A stretch of 64,000 nt of DNA from Draconibacterium orientale (GTDB lineage: Bacteria > Bacteroidota > Bacteroidia > Bacteroidales > FEN-979): NCBI GenBank assembly GCA_020718225.1, contig DYSO01000002.1:5361-69360 (forward strand). Reading direction: 5' to 3'. A program made the position numbers and the translations under genes. The notes beneath the pieces were generated by a model. That model had not been told where the DNA came from. It did no database searches and worked only from the letters and a program-made list of their open reading frames with translations. Below, in pieces: positions 8,132 to 16,180 of this stretch (position 1 is the stretch's first letter; each line of letters starts with the position of its first letter).

Positions 8132-9907
8132 TTATGATAGTAAGATAGCATCGAACTTGCATTTTGAGTAGCAAACGCCGCATTTCGTACAGATATTCTG
8201 ATTGATTGTGTGGGGTTGTTTACGTTCTCCTGTGATGGCTTGTACCGGGCAGTTTTTCAGGCAAACCATACAGCCCGTGCATTTTTCGGTATCTACCCGA
8301 TAGGTCAACAAAGGTCGGCAAACCTTTGCCGGACATTTTTTATGGCGGATATGGGCTTCATATTCATCGCGAAAATAACGGATGGTAGTCAATACCGGGT
8401 TGGGGGCTGTTTGCCCTAAACCGCATAACGAATTTTCTTTAATCTGAAAGGCCAGTTCTTCCAGTTTTTCGATATCCCCTTCCTGACCCTGTCCATTGGT
8501 TATGCGATCGAGGATTTCCAGCATCCGTTTGGTCCCCATCCGGCAGAAAGTACATTTACCGCAACTTTCTTTACGGGTAAAGTCGAGAAAAAATTTTGCC
8601 ACATCCACCATACAGGTAGTTTCATCCATAACCACCATTCCTCCCGATCCCATAATGGCACCTGTGGCATTGACCGAATCATAATCAATGATGGTATCGG
8701 CCAGGAATTCGGGGATACAACCACCCGATGGGCCTCCCATCTGTACCGCTTTAAACTTTTTATCGTTTTTTATCCCCCCCCCAAGCTTAAAGATGACCTC
8801 CCGGATGGTCATTCCCATGGGGACTTCAACAAGTCCTGAATGACGTATTTTTCCGGCCAATGCGAAAACTTTGGTCCCTTTGCTTTTTTCGGTTCCGTAT
8901 TGTGCATACGCTTCGGCACCGTTCATGATGATCCATGGGATATTGGCAAAGGTCTCCACATTATTGATGTTGGTGGGCTTTTTCCAAAGACCGGAAACTG
9001 CCGGAAACGGAGGCCGTTTGCGGGGCATTCCGCGTTCGCCTTCGATGGAGGCGATCAGGGCCGTCTCTTCACCACAAACAAAAGCGCCTGCCCCCTCTTT
9101 GATATAAATATCGAAATTAAACTCTTCTATTCCGAAAAGATTTTTTCCGAGATAGCCCCTTTCATGAGCCTGTCGGATGGCAATATTTAACCGCTTGATG
9201 GCAAGCGGATATTCAGCGCGGCAATAGATTACACCTCCTGTGGCGCCGATGGCATAAGCAGCGATGACCATCCCCTCAAGTACCAAATGGGGATCGCCCT
9301 CCAATACAGAACGATCCATAAAAGCGCCGGGATCACCCTCATCGGCATTGCAAATAATATATTTTTCGGCCGATTTATTGGCATGGGCAAATTTCCATTT
9401 CATCCCCGTGGGAAACCCACCGCCCCCACGACCACGCAACCCCGACCTGAGAACCGTATCAATCACCTCTTCCTGCCGCGTCTTTTCTGCGGCAATTTTT
9501 TTTATCGCCAGATACCCTTTCCGTTTTTCATAATCGTCGATGGATTCAGGATCCATATACCCGCAATTCCGGAGTACTATTTTAACCTGGGATTCCAGGA
9601 AATCATTTTCGGGAGCATCAAATAAATCGGTATAAACAATATAATCGCGAATGGGATCGTGCTGATTGATGTGTTTTTCGATGACTTCGATGGCGCGATC
9701 GGCATCTACCTCCCCATACAGATAGGTCCCGGTATCATCGGTAATCTCAACCAAAGGCTCACGGTAACACATGCCCACACAACTGGTTTTCCGAAGTTCA
9801 AAATGTAAGTTTTCGGTCTCCTTTAGCGCCTGGATCTTTTCAAAGGTCTTTTTTGCACCGGCAGCAATGCCGCAACTTCCAAGACCAACTGTGACGGTAG
9901 GTATCAT
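8132..9907 (-). CDS. NuoF/HydB-like NADH-binding FMN/Fe-S subunit with an N-terminal thioredoxin-like [2Fe-2S] domain and a C-terminal 2x[4Fe-4S] ferredoxin domain
   Basis: 591-aa ORF. Motifs: GLRGRGGGGFPTGMKWKF (FMN/NADH site), ESCGKCTFCRMG (N3-type cluster), CTGCMVCLKNCP and CTKCGVCYSKC, and an N-terminal GLGSCGIAAGA followed by CVGMCYREP. Confidence 0.85.
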   Translation of the reverse strand: MIPTVTVGLGSCGIAAGAKKTFEKIQALKETENLHFELRKTSCVGMCYREPLVEITDDTGTYLYGEVDADRAIEVIEKHINQHDPIRDYIVYTDLFDAPENDFLESQVKIVLRNCGYMDPESIDDYEKRKGYLAIKKIAAEKTRQEEVIDTVLRSGLRGRGGGGFPTGMKWKFAHANKSAEKYIICNADEGDPGAFMDRSVLEGDPHLVLEGMVIAAYAIGATGGVIYCRAEYPLAIKRLNIAIRQAHERGYLGKNLFGIEEFNFDIYIKEGAGAFVCGEETALIASIEGERGMPRKRPPFPAVSGLWKKPTNINNVETFANIPWIIMNGAEAYAQYGTEKSKGTKVFALAGKIRHSGLVEVPMGMTIREVIFKLGGGIKNDKKFKAVQMGGPSGGCIPEFLADTIIDYDSVNATGAIMGSGGMVVMDETTCMVDVAKFFLDFTRKESCGKCTFCRMGTKRMLEILDRITNGQGQEGDIEKLEELAFQIKENSLCGLGQTAPNPVLTTIRYFRDEYEAHIRHKKCPAKVCRPLLTYRVDTEKCTGCMVCLKNCPVQAITGERKQPHTINQNICTKCGVCYSKCKFDAILLS

Positions 9908-9988
9908 TTTTTATGTTGTTAAATTTTAAAATGTGAGGTGCTGGCTTTTATATTTTTGTTAAGCCCCCGGTGATTTGTCACTTGATTT

Positions 9989-10510
9989 TCAACCTGCTTT
10001 CTCGTTTAACCGGATATTTTTTACAATTTTTACTGCTTCATTGCCTGTGAGTTTCCCATATGTCTGGTCACCAATCATCATAACCGGGGCAAGGGAACAA
10101 CAGCCCAGACAGGCTACCGATTCGAGGGTATAGAACCGGTCGTCGGTGGTTTGTCCATCCTTAATTCTCAATGCTTCTTCGAGTGACTCACTGATTTCCA
10201 ATGCATTTTGGACATGACATGCGGTTCCATGACAAACCTTAATAATGTATTTTCCTACCGGATGAAGCCTGAATTGGGCGTAAAATGTTGCCACCCCGAA
10301 CAAATCGCTCAAGGGGATCGCGGCATCTCTGGAAATTTTTTCAAAAACAGCTTTGGGAATATGCCCAAAAAGCTCCTGGGCGCCCTGTAAAAGGGGAATA
10401 AGGTTTCCTTTCTTCCCTTTATATTTCACAATCAGGGGATCAAGCAAACTCAGTTCAAGGCCATCACTTTCAATGACCTTATCGATAGAATGTATCCGGA
10501 CAACACGCAT
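9989..10510 (-). CDS. NuoE/HydC-like thioredoxin-like [2Fe-2S] ferredoxin subunit
   Basis: Cluster motifs are CHGTACHV and CLGCCSLAP. The start is taken at MRVVRIHS (ATG 10510), because the 55 upstream codons overlap array D and the 3' end of the upstream gene. Confidence 0.8.
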   Translation of the reverse strand: MRVVRIHSIDKVIESDGLELSLLDPLIVKYKGKKGNLIPLLQGAQELFGHIPKAVFEKISRDAAIPLSDLFGVATFYAQFRLHPVGKYIIKVCHGTACHVQNALEISESLEEALRIKDGQTTDDRFYTLESVACLGCCSLAPVMMIGDQTYGKLTGNEAVKIVKNIRLNEKAG

Positions 10511-10557
10511 ATTTCTTGATTTTATAAAAACACCCTGCAATAACCCCCTATTAAAAA

Positions 10558-10601
10558 CACCTGTCCAACCTGTCCACCTGTCCAACCTGTCCAACCCGTT
10601 C
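10558..10601. repeat. Tandem array D: 5 units of C(A)ACCTGTC, ending in CAACCCGTTC
   Basis: Read directly: cacctgtc caacctgtc cacctgtc caacctgtc caacccgttc, then tta, the stop of gene 10602-14477. It lies 47 nt upstream of the nuoE-like start. Confidence 0.9.
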
Positions 10602-13600
10602 TTACTTTTCCTCTTCCCAGGTAATGACCGAAATACGTTTCTTTCCGTCCATTCTGATACAGAGCGGGTGGTCAAAATGGATGATTGAGAAAAAATCTGT
10701 TTTCCTTAGATTTTTCTGGCTTTTTAAAATATCATATCGGATAAAACTGTTGGTCAATTCAGGCTGGATGCAAAAGTAACCCACATTCATAGAGGTTACA
10801 TTATGGAAAAAATGAGATCCTGACGAGGCATCGAGTGGAAATCCTTCAAGGCTGGTTTCGACAATGATCTTGGCATGGCTGATCTGAGGCCATGCAACCG
10901 GGATACCAATCCAGCGGTCGCGTGTGCCCCATCGTCCCGGGCCAATCAGGACATAATTTTTTCCCTCTCTTCCCATCTCAGCATTAATGGTATCAATCTC
11001 CGCCGCCATTTCAACGGTCTTCGATTTGTCGAAGGTATCCGGATCTACAAAAATTACATCGTAAATATTGTCAATCAATCCGTTGCCCATCTCTTTTTCA
11101 GAATACAGAAGGATTTGGTCCCGGTTGATCTTCTCCATATCAATATGAAAATCGGTAGCATTGCCGATCAGTGGTTTTATCTGAAGCAGATAGAAAGAAG
11201 CTTTATTATCGTCATCCTTGTTCAGATCGATGGCAAACTCCATTTCCACCGGTGAACCCAGCGCCTCTTTGACTACATCGAGCACCACTTCAATGGTTTT
11301 TGCAAGGGGAATATAGTTGTATTTTAAAATATCGGCAAAGTTGAGTACCCGCGGGCCGCCATCGCGTAATCCGGCAGTAATCCGATCATTTTCAACGGAA
11401 TAAACCGAAGCGCAGTGCTTCAGGGTCCCATGCATTTCGGCATCGTAGATATCCATTTTCCGAAGGCCGGCATCTTCGCCTTCCAACAGGTTCATCTCCT
11501 TTTTTTGCAGATCCACGGCATAAAAATAGACCTGCGACCCTTTGTACTGATCCTTTGGCGAATTGATTTCAAGAGTTGGATACAAGGGTGAAAAACGGAA
11601 TGCCTTTTCTCCCTCAACCACATAGCGTCCAAGGCCTAATGCAATTACGGCAAACCCCTCTTCGGGTTTCATATGGGCAAATGGATAATAATTATAGGAT
11701 TGGGCAACTCCGCTGATATGTGGATAGTACACATCGGCATATTGGTTTCCGACGACCTCCTGGATTACAACGGCCATCTTTTCCTGCTCTATGCGATAAT
11801 TAACCGCTTCGATGTACCCCTTGGCAATGGGGGAATACACGGAAGCATAAACCAGTTTGATTGCATCCATCAATTGATCAAGCCGCACTTTTGGGTCCGG
11901 ATGACAATTGGGGATCAGGTAGGTTTCGAAGATTCCTGCAAAAGGCTGATTAAGAGAATCTTCAAAGAGTCCGGAAGAACGTATTGCCAAAGGCTTCGTG
12001 ATATTTTTAATGATTAATTTCAACTTCCGGATAAGGGTTTCTGTGAGCCTGCCTTCCAAAAACCACCTTTTTATCTGGTCATAATCTGACTCATAGACTG
12101 CTTTTTCCCTCAATTTATTCCTGTCAAGGAAATATTCAAATTCATCGGTACCCACAATGGAGGTTTTCGGGGTACGGATTTTAATGTTGGGGATGTGTTG
12201 AGAAAAATCGTAATTGTATATTAACGTGTTGATAAAAGCGAGCCCGCGTCCTTTTCCCCCCAACGCCCCTTCGGTCAGCGCCAGGATATTACGTTCGTCG
12301 GATATAGCCGATTCCTCAAAAGGGATCACCTTCCCGGTATTTTGTTCGTTGCGGAAATGCTGGATCACATTGATGAGGTATTCGCGTAACGAAGTCGGAT
12401 CTTTAAAATCGGTCACTTTTGCCGGGTTCAGTATCTTGGCAACCTGAATTTCTCCACGGGCCATCAGCCAAAGGGAGAAGTGGTCTTTCCGTGCATGATA
12501 TAAGAGAGATTCTTCCGGGATGGTCTTTAGTAAATCCTCAAATTCTTTCAGCGAACGTGCAACAGCGATCTGGGTACCCTCCTGATCGCGATAAATAAAA
12601 CTGCCAAATCCCAGATAATGGGTAATGAAACTTTTAAAATCAAGAAGCAGGGTTTCTGAATTTTTATTAATAAAAGAGGCTTTTAATTCATATGCTCTCT
12701 GGGCATTAATTTCATCGGACGACTGCATCACAATGGGAAGGTCTTTAATCTCCTTCCGGGTCTGCCTGACCAGGCTGAACCCCGCCGTATTGTTCAGTTT
12801 GCCATCCTTTTTAAATTTCACATCTGAAATGAGACAAAGGATAAAGTCTTTGTACTTGTTAAAAATATAGAGGGCCTCTTCATAAGTTGAGGCCAATAGA
12901 ATTTTCGGTCGTGCTTTCAGTCTGAGGATGCGGTACAATTCATCGGTAGTAACATCCTCAATGATGTTTTTAGTCTGTTCCAGCACGATATTGTACAACA
13001 TCGGAAGGTATAATGAATAATACTTTGAGGAATCTTCTACCAGCAGGATGACCCGTGTCATGCCAATGGTGGTATCGTTTTCCACATTGATTTTGTCTTC
13101 CAGATAGTTGATCATTGCGAAGAAGATCTTGGAATCGCCATTCCAGACAAAAATCCGGTCGACCCAGGTCAGTTTTTCAGGTTCTTCTTCATATTTAGCG
13201 ATCTCTGTATTGCTGTTCAATAAAAGGAATACGGGAATATACTGATATTTTTCCTTGACGGTTTTACTCAGTTCTACCGGGAATTGTTTATCCGTACCGA
13301 TCATGATGATGATCAGGTCGTAATGTTTCAGACTGAGTTGTTCCATTACCTCACCGATCGTTGATACACCGGTGATCCGTGGCATGGTACTCAGGCTCAG
13401 TGCATAAAATTCCCCCAGTACATGTTCTGAAAAACGGCCTTCCTTTTCGATGCTATAAGCGTCATAGAGATTGGCGACCAATAATATCTCTTTGACTTTA
13501 AAAGGCATCAGGTCATGATACAGGTCGCGGTTATAGTTGGTACGATTTAAAAAGGTCTGGAGGAGTTGACGGCTGTATTTAACCGGGCCGGAAGCATCCG

Positions 13601-14477
13601 GTTGGGGTTCCGTCACCTCTTTCTGTACCGTTTTCCGCAGGATGGCCTTACCTTTAATAGAATTCAGATAACCGGCGATCAGGTTGGCCAGATTGATAAT
13701 AAGATGGCGCTCCTCTTCAAGGAAAGGTCCTTCAAATTGTGGGGGAAATGCTTTCAGGTAACAAATCTCAATAAACCCCGAAAGGTTGTCAATGGTTTCG
13801 AAAGGTTGAATCTGGGCCCACTGGGTTTCAACGAAACCCGGACTTATAAGTTCGAGGTTCCCATATTTAATACGGCATACCGTATATTCGGGATATTGCC
13901 AGGCCGTAGGCAGGATCAGGCAGATTTGGTGAAGGGCCTCTTCATTTGGTTTCCCTGCGCGAAGGATGGCAGTGGTCTGGTTAATGGCGCTGAGTTCCTT
14001 TAGTCTTTCCCGGGTAATGTACCGCCCCTCCCTGCCTTTTACCGCGTTGAGGTACCCTTCAATCAAACTGGCCAGGTTCAGTATTAAATGGCGCTCTTCT
14101 TTCAAAAATGGCCCCTCATCTGCCTCGGGAAATTCTTTCAGATAAAAAACCTCAATAGAACCAGTGAGGCTGTCGATGGTTTCAAAAGCCTGTAATTGTC
14201 TCCATTGTGTTTCCAGAAATCCCTGACTTGTAAATTCCATCTCTTCGTAACGTATCCGCGCTACTGCATGTCCTGGATATTGCCAGGCATGCGGCAGAAG
14301 CTGACAAATCTCAAAAAGGGTTTCGTAAACAGGTTTATTGCCCCTGATAATAGCAGCTGTTTCATTAATCGCGGCCAATTCTTTGAGCCGTTCCTGATTA
14401 TCATAAGCCAGCTTTTCAAAACTGCCGGAACCCGGGCCGGAGATTACTGAGTTTAATCCTTTATCGTTTGTCAACAT
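10602..14477 (-). CDS. Sensor/signal-transduction protein: 2x duplicated N-terminal GAF-like sensor domain + pseudo-REC + REC + PPDK_N ATP-grasp + conserved C-terminal domain
   Basis: The ATG at 14477 (MLTNDKG) is preferred over the TTG at 14501. The two 120-aa repeats begin ERLKELAAINET and ERLKELSAINQT. The pseudo-REC has YDLIIIMIGTD. The REC has VILLVEDS, LCLISDVKF and VMQSS. ATP-grasp motifs are GGKGRGLAFI, IRSSGLFEDS, PFAGIFETY, and VEMEFAI followed by LLQIKP. The C-terminal domain carries GPGRWGTRDRWIGIPV and SSGSHFFHNVTS. Confidence 0.75.
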   Translation of the reverse strand: MLTNDKGLNSVISGPGSGSFEKLAYDNQERLKELAAINETAAIIRGNKPVYETLFEICQLLPHAWQYPGHAVARIRYEEMEFTSQGFLETQWRQLQAFETIDSLTGSIEVFYLKEFPEADEGPFLKEERHLILNLASLIEGYLNAVKGREGRYITRERLKELSAINQTTAILRAGKPNEEALHQICLILPTAWQYPEYTVCRIKYGNLELISPGFVETQWAQIQPFETIDNLSGFIEICYLKAFPPQFEGPFLEEERHLIINLANLIAGYLNSIKGKAILRKTVQKEVTEPQPDASGPVKYSRQLLQTFLNRTNYNRDLYHDLMPFKVKEILLVANLYDAYSIEKEGRFSEHVLGEFYALSLSTMPRITGVSTIGEVMEQLSLKHYDLIIIMIGTDKQFPVELSKTVKEKYQYIPVFLLLNSNTEIAKYEEEPEKLTWVDRIFVWNGDSKIFFAMINYLEDKINVENDTTIGMTRVILLVEDSSKYYSLYLPMLYNIVLEQTKNIIEDVTTDELYRILRLKARPKILLASTYEEALYIFNKYKDFILCLISDVKFKKDGKLNNTAGFSLVRQTRKEIKDLPIVMQSSDEINAQRAYELKASFINKNSETLLLDFKSFITHYLGFGSFIYRDQEGTQIAVARSLKEFEDLLKTIPEESLLYHARKDHFSLWLMARGEIQVAKILNPAKVTDFKDPTSLREYLINVIQHFRNEQNTGKVIPFEESAISDERNILALTEGALGGKGRGLAFINTLIYNYDFSQHIPNIKIRTPKTSIVGTDEFEYFLDRNKLREKAVYESDYDQIKRWFLEGRLTETLIRKLKLIIKNITKPLAIRSSGLFEDSLNQPFAGIFETYLIPNCHPDPKVRLDQLMDAIKLVYASVYSPIAKGYIEAVNYRIEQEKMAVVIQEVVGNQYADVYYPHISGVAQSYNYYPFAHMKPEEGFAVIALGLGRYVVEGEKAFRFSPLYPTLEINSPKDQYKGSQVYFYAVDLQKKEMNLLEGEDAGLRKMDIYDAEMHGTLKHCASVYSVENDRITAGLRDGGPRVLNFADILKYNYIPLAKTIEVVLDVVKEALGSPVEMEFAIDLNKDDDNKASFYLLQIKPLIGNATDFHIDMEKINRDQILLYSEKEMGNGLIDNIYDVIFVDPDTFDKSKTVEMAAEIDTINAEMGREGKNYVLIGPGRWGTRDRWIGIPVAWPQISHAKIIVETSLEGFPLDASSGSHFFHNVTSMNVGYFCIQPELTNSFIRYDILKSQKNLRKTDFFSIIHFDHPLCIRMDGKKRISVITWEEEK

Positions 14478-14690
14478 CGGGAAATGGGATGGAAATGCCA
14501 AAATTAAAATAATTCTGTTATCAATTTGTAAGATAATGACGACTTTTATAAAGTTCAGTATAATTCGTACTCTTATATACGCAGGATACGTATGTATTGT
14601 AAGTGCATTTCTTATCTAATTGAATAAGAATTAATTATATTTCAATTTATGGTAATTTTTACATCGTTGCATTAAAATATTAGTTAATAT

Positions 14691-14706
14691 TGTGAAAATT
14701 TTCACG
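14691..14706. promoter_or_regulatory. Candidate Crp/Fnr-type operator (TGTGA-N6-TCACG) upstream of gdhA
   Basis: tgtgaaaattttcacg contains the perfect 14-bp palindrome gtgaaaattttcac. Its centre is 65 nt upstream of the gdhA ATG, in the divergent intergenic region 14478-14762. Confidence 0.4.
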
Positions 14707-14762
14707 TTCTTTTATCCATTTTTATACATTATTAATACCCCATCACTTAAAATCCAACCATT

Positions 14763-16121
14763 ATGAACAATGACATGTTAAAAAAGTTAATTGACGAATT
14801 CATGGCAAACATCATTGCTAAAAATCAGGGTGAAAAAGAATTTCATCAGGCTGTAATGGAAGTTGCCGAATCGCTGATCCCATTCATTGAAGAGAATCCG
14901 AAGTACAAGCAGGCTAAGATCCTGGAACGGATGGCTGAACCCGAAAGGGTGATCATCTTCCGGGTACCCTGGATGAACGACAAAGGGGAAATACAGATTA
15001 ACCGTGGCTATCGGATTGAAATGAACAGCGCTATTGGCCCCTATAAAGGTGGTTTGCGCTTTCACCCGACGGTGAATTTAGGAATTTTGAAATTCCTGGC
15101 TTTCGAACAGGTATTAAAAAACAGCCTGACCACATTGCCAATGGGTGGTGGTAAAGGCGGCAGCGACTTCGACCCAAAAGGGAAAAGCGACAATGAAGTG
15201 ATGGCTTTCTGCCAGAGTTTTATGACCGAATTGCAGCGGCATATCGGACCCGATACCGATGTACCTGCCGGTGATATTGGCGTTGGCGGCCGTGAAATCG
15301 GCTTTATGTTTGGACAGTACAAGCGTTTACGCAACGAGTTTACAGGTGTCCTAACAGGTAAAGGATTGGAATGGGGAGGCAGTTTGATCCGTCCCCAAGC
15401 AACAGGTTACGGTCAGGTTTATTTTGCTGAGGAGATGCTCAAAACCCGCGGACTCGATTTCAAAGGAAAAACGGTGCTTGTCTCAGGAAGCGGTAATGTT
15501 GCCCAGTATGCAACCCAGAAAGTAACCCAGCTGGGAGGAAAAGTTGTAACCCTTTCCGACAGCGAAGGTTATATTCATGACCCCAAAGGCATCGATGCCG
15601 ACAAGCTGGCTTTCGTAATGCATCTGAAAAACGTGAAACGCGGACGTATCAAAGAGTACTGCGAAAAATATGCCGAAGCAACCTTTGTCCAGGGTAAACG
15701 GCCATGGGAAGTAAAATGCGATATCGCATTACCCAGCGCTACACAAAATGAAATCGACGGCAACGATGCCCGTACCCTGATGGCCAACGGATGTATGTGT
15801 GTTTCGGAAGGGGCCAATATGCCATCAACCCCGGAAGCCATTGAGATTTATATTGCGAAAAAAATCCTTTATGGCCCTGGTAAAGCAGCAAATGCAGGTG
15901 GTGTAGCCACTTCAGGACTTGAAATGTCGCAAAATTCAATGCGTCTTTCCTGGACACGCGAAGAGGTTGACCAACGACTCCATACCATCATGGTTGACAT
16001 TCATAAAAATTGTGTGAAATGGGGAACCGAGCCCGATGGGTTCATCAATTACGTCAAAGGGGCCAACATCGGTGGTTTTGTTAAAGTTGCTGATGCAATG
16101 ATGGCACAGGGACTGGTATAA
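14763..16121 (+). CDS. gdhA: NAD(P)-specific glutamate dehydrogenase
   Basis: 452-aa ORF with the hexameric GDH family signatures GPYKGGLRFHP and LPMGGGKGGSDFDPKGKS, and the Rossmann motif VSGSGNVAQYA. Confidence 0.95.
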   Translation: MNNDMLKKLIDEFMANIIAKNQGEKEFHQAVMEVAESLIPFIEENPKYKQAKILERMAEPERVIIFRVPWMNDKGEIQINRGYRIEMNSAIGPYKGGLRFHPTVNLGILKFLAFEQVLKNSLTTLPMGGGKGGSDFDPKGKSDNEVMAFCQSFMTELQRHIGPDTDVPAGDIGVGGREIGFMFGQYKRLRNEFTGVLTGKGLEWGGSLIRPQATGYGQVYFAEEMLKTRGLDFKGKTVLVSGSGNVAQYATQKVTQLGGKVVTLSDSEGYIHDPKGIDADKLAFVMHLKNVKRGRIKEYCEKYAEATFVQGKRPWEVKCDIALPSATQNEIDGNDARTLMANGCMCVSEGANMPSTPEAIEIYIAKKILYGPGKAANAGGVATSGLEMSQNSMRLSWTREEVDQRLHTIMVDIHKNCVKWGTEPDGFINYVKGANIGGFVKVADAMMAQGLV

Positions 16122-16147
16122 TCACCTGATTTTGTTTATAATCCAAA

Positions 16148-16180
16148 GGGGGATCCGGGATACCGGGTCCCCCTGTTTTT
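16148..16180 (+). terminator. Rho-independent terminator of gdhA, shared by the convergent gene pair
   Basis: gggggatccgg-gata-ccgggtccccc forms an 11-bp stem (one G-U pair) with a GATA loop, followed by tgttttt. It lies 27 nt after the gdhA stop. Confidence 0.8.

Noticed and set aside
8073-8183. A 37-codon N-terminal extension of the large oxidoreductase subunit (MRRLLLKMQV through HHSLLTTHPSPILIP).
   Set aside because: It merely translates the GGTGAGT heptamer array and overlaps the 3' end of the upstream gene. The ferredoxin-domain homology starts at MADNSLNI (8072).
10511-10675. A 55-codon N-terminal extension of the NuoE-like ORF.
   Set aside because: It translates array D and overlaps the end of the upstream gene. 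The NuoE-like sequence starts at MRVVRIHS.
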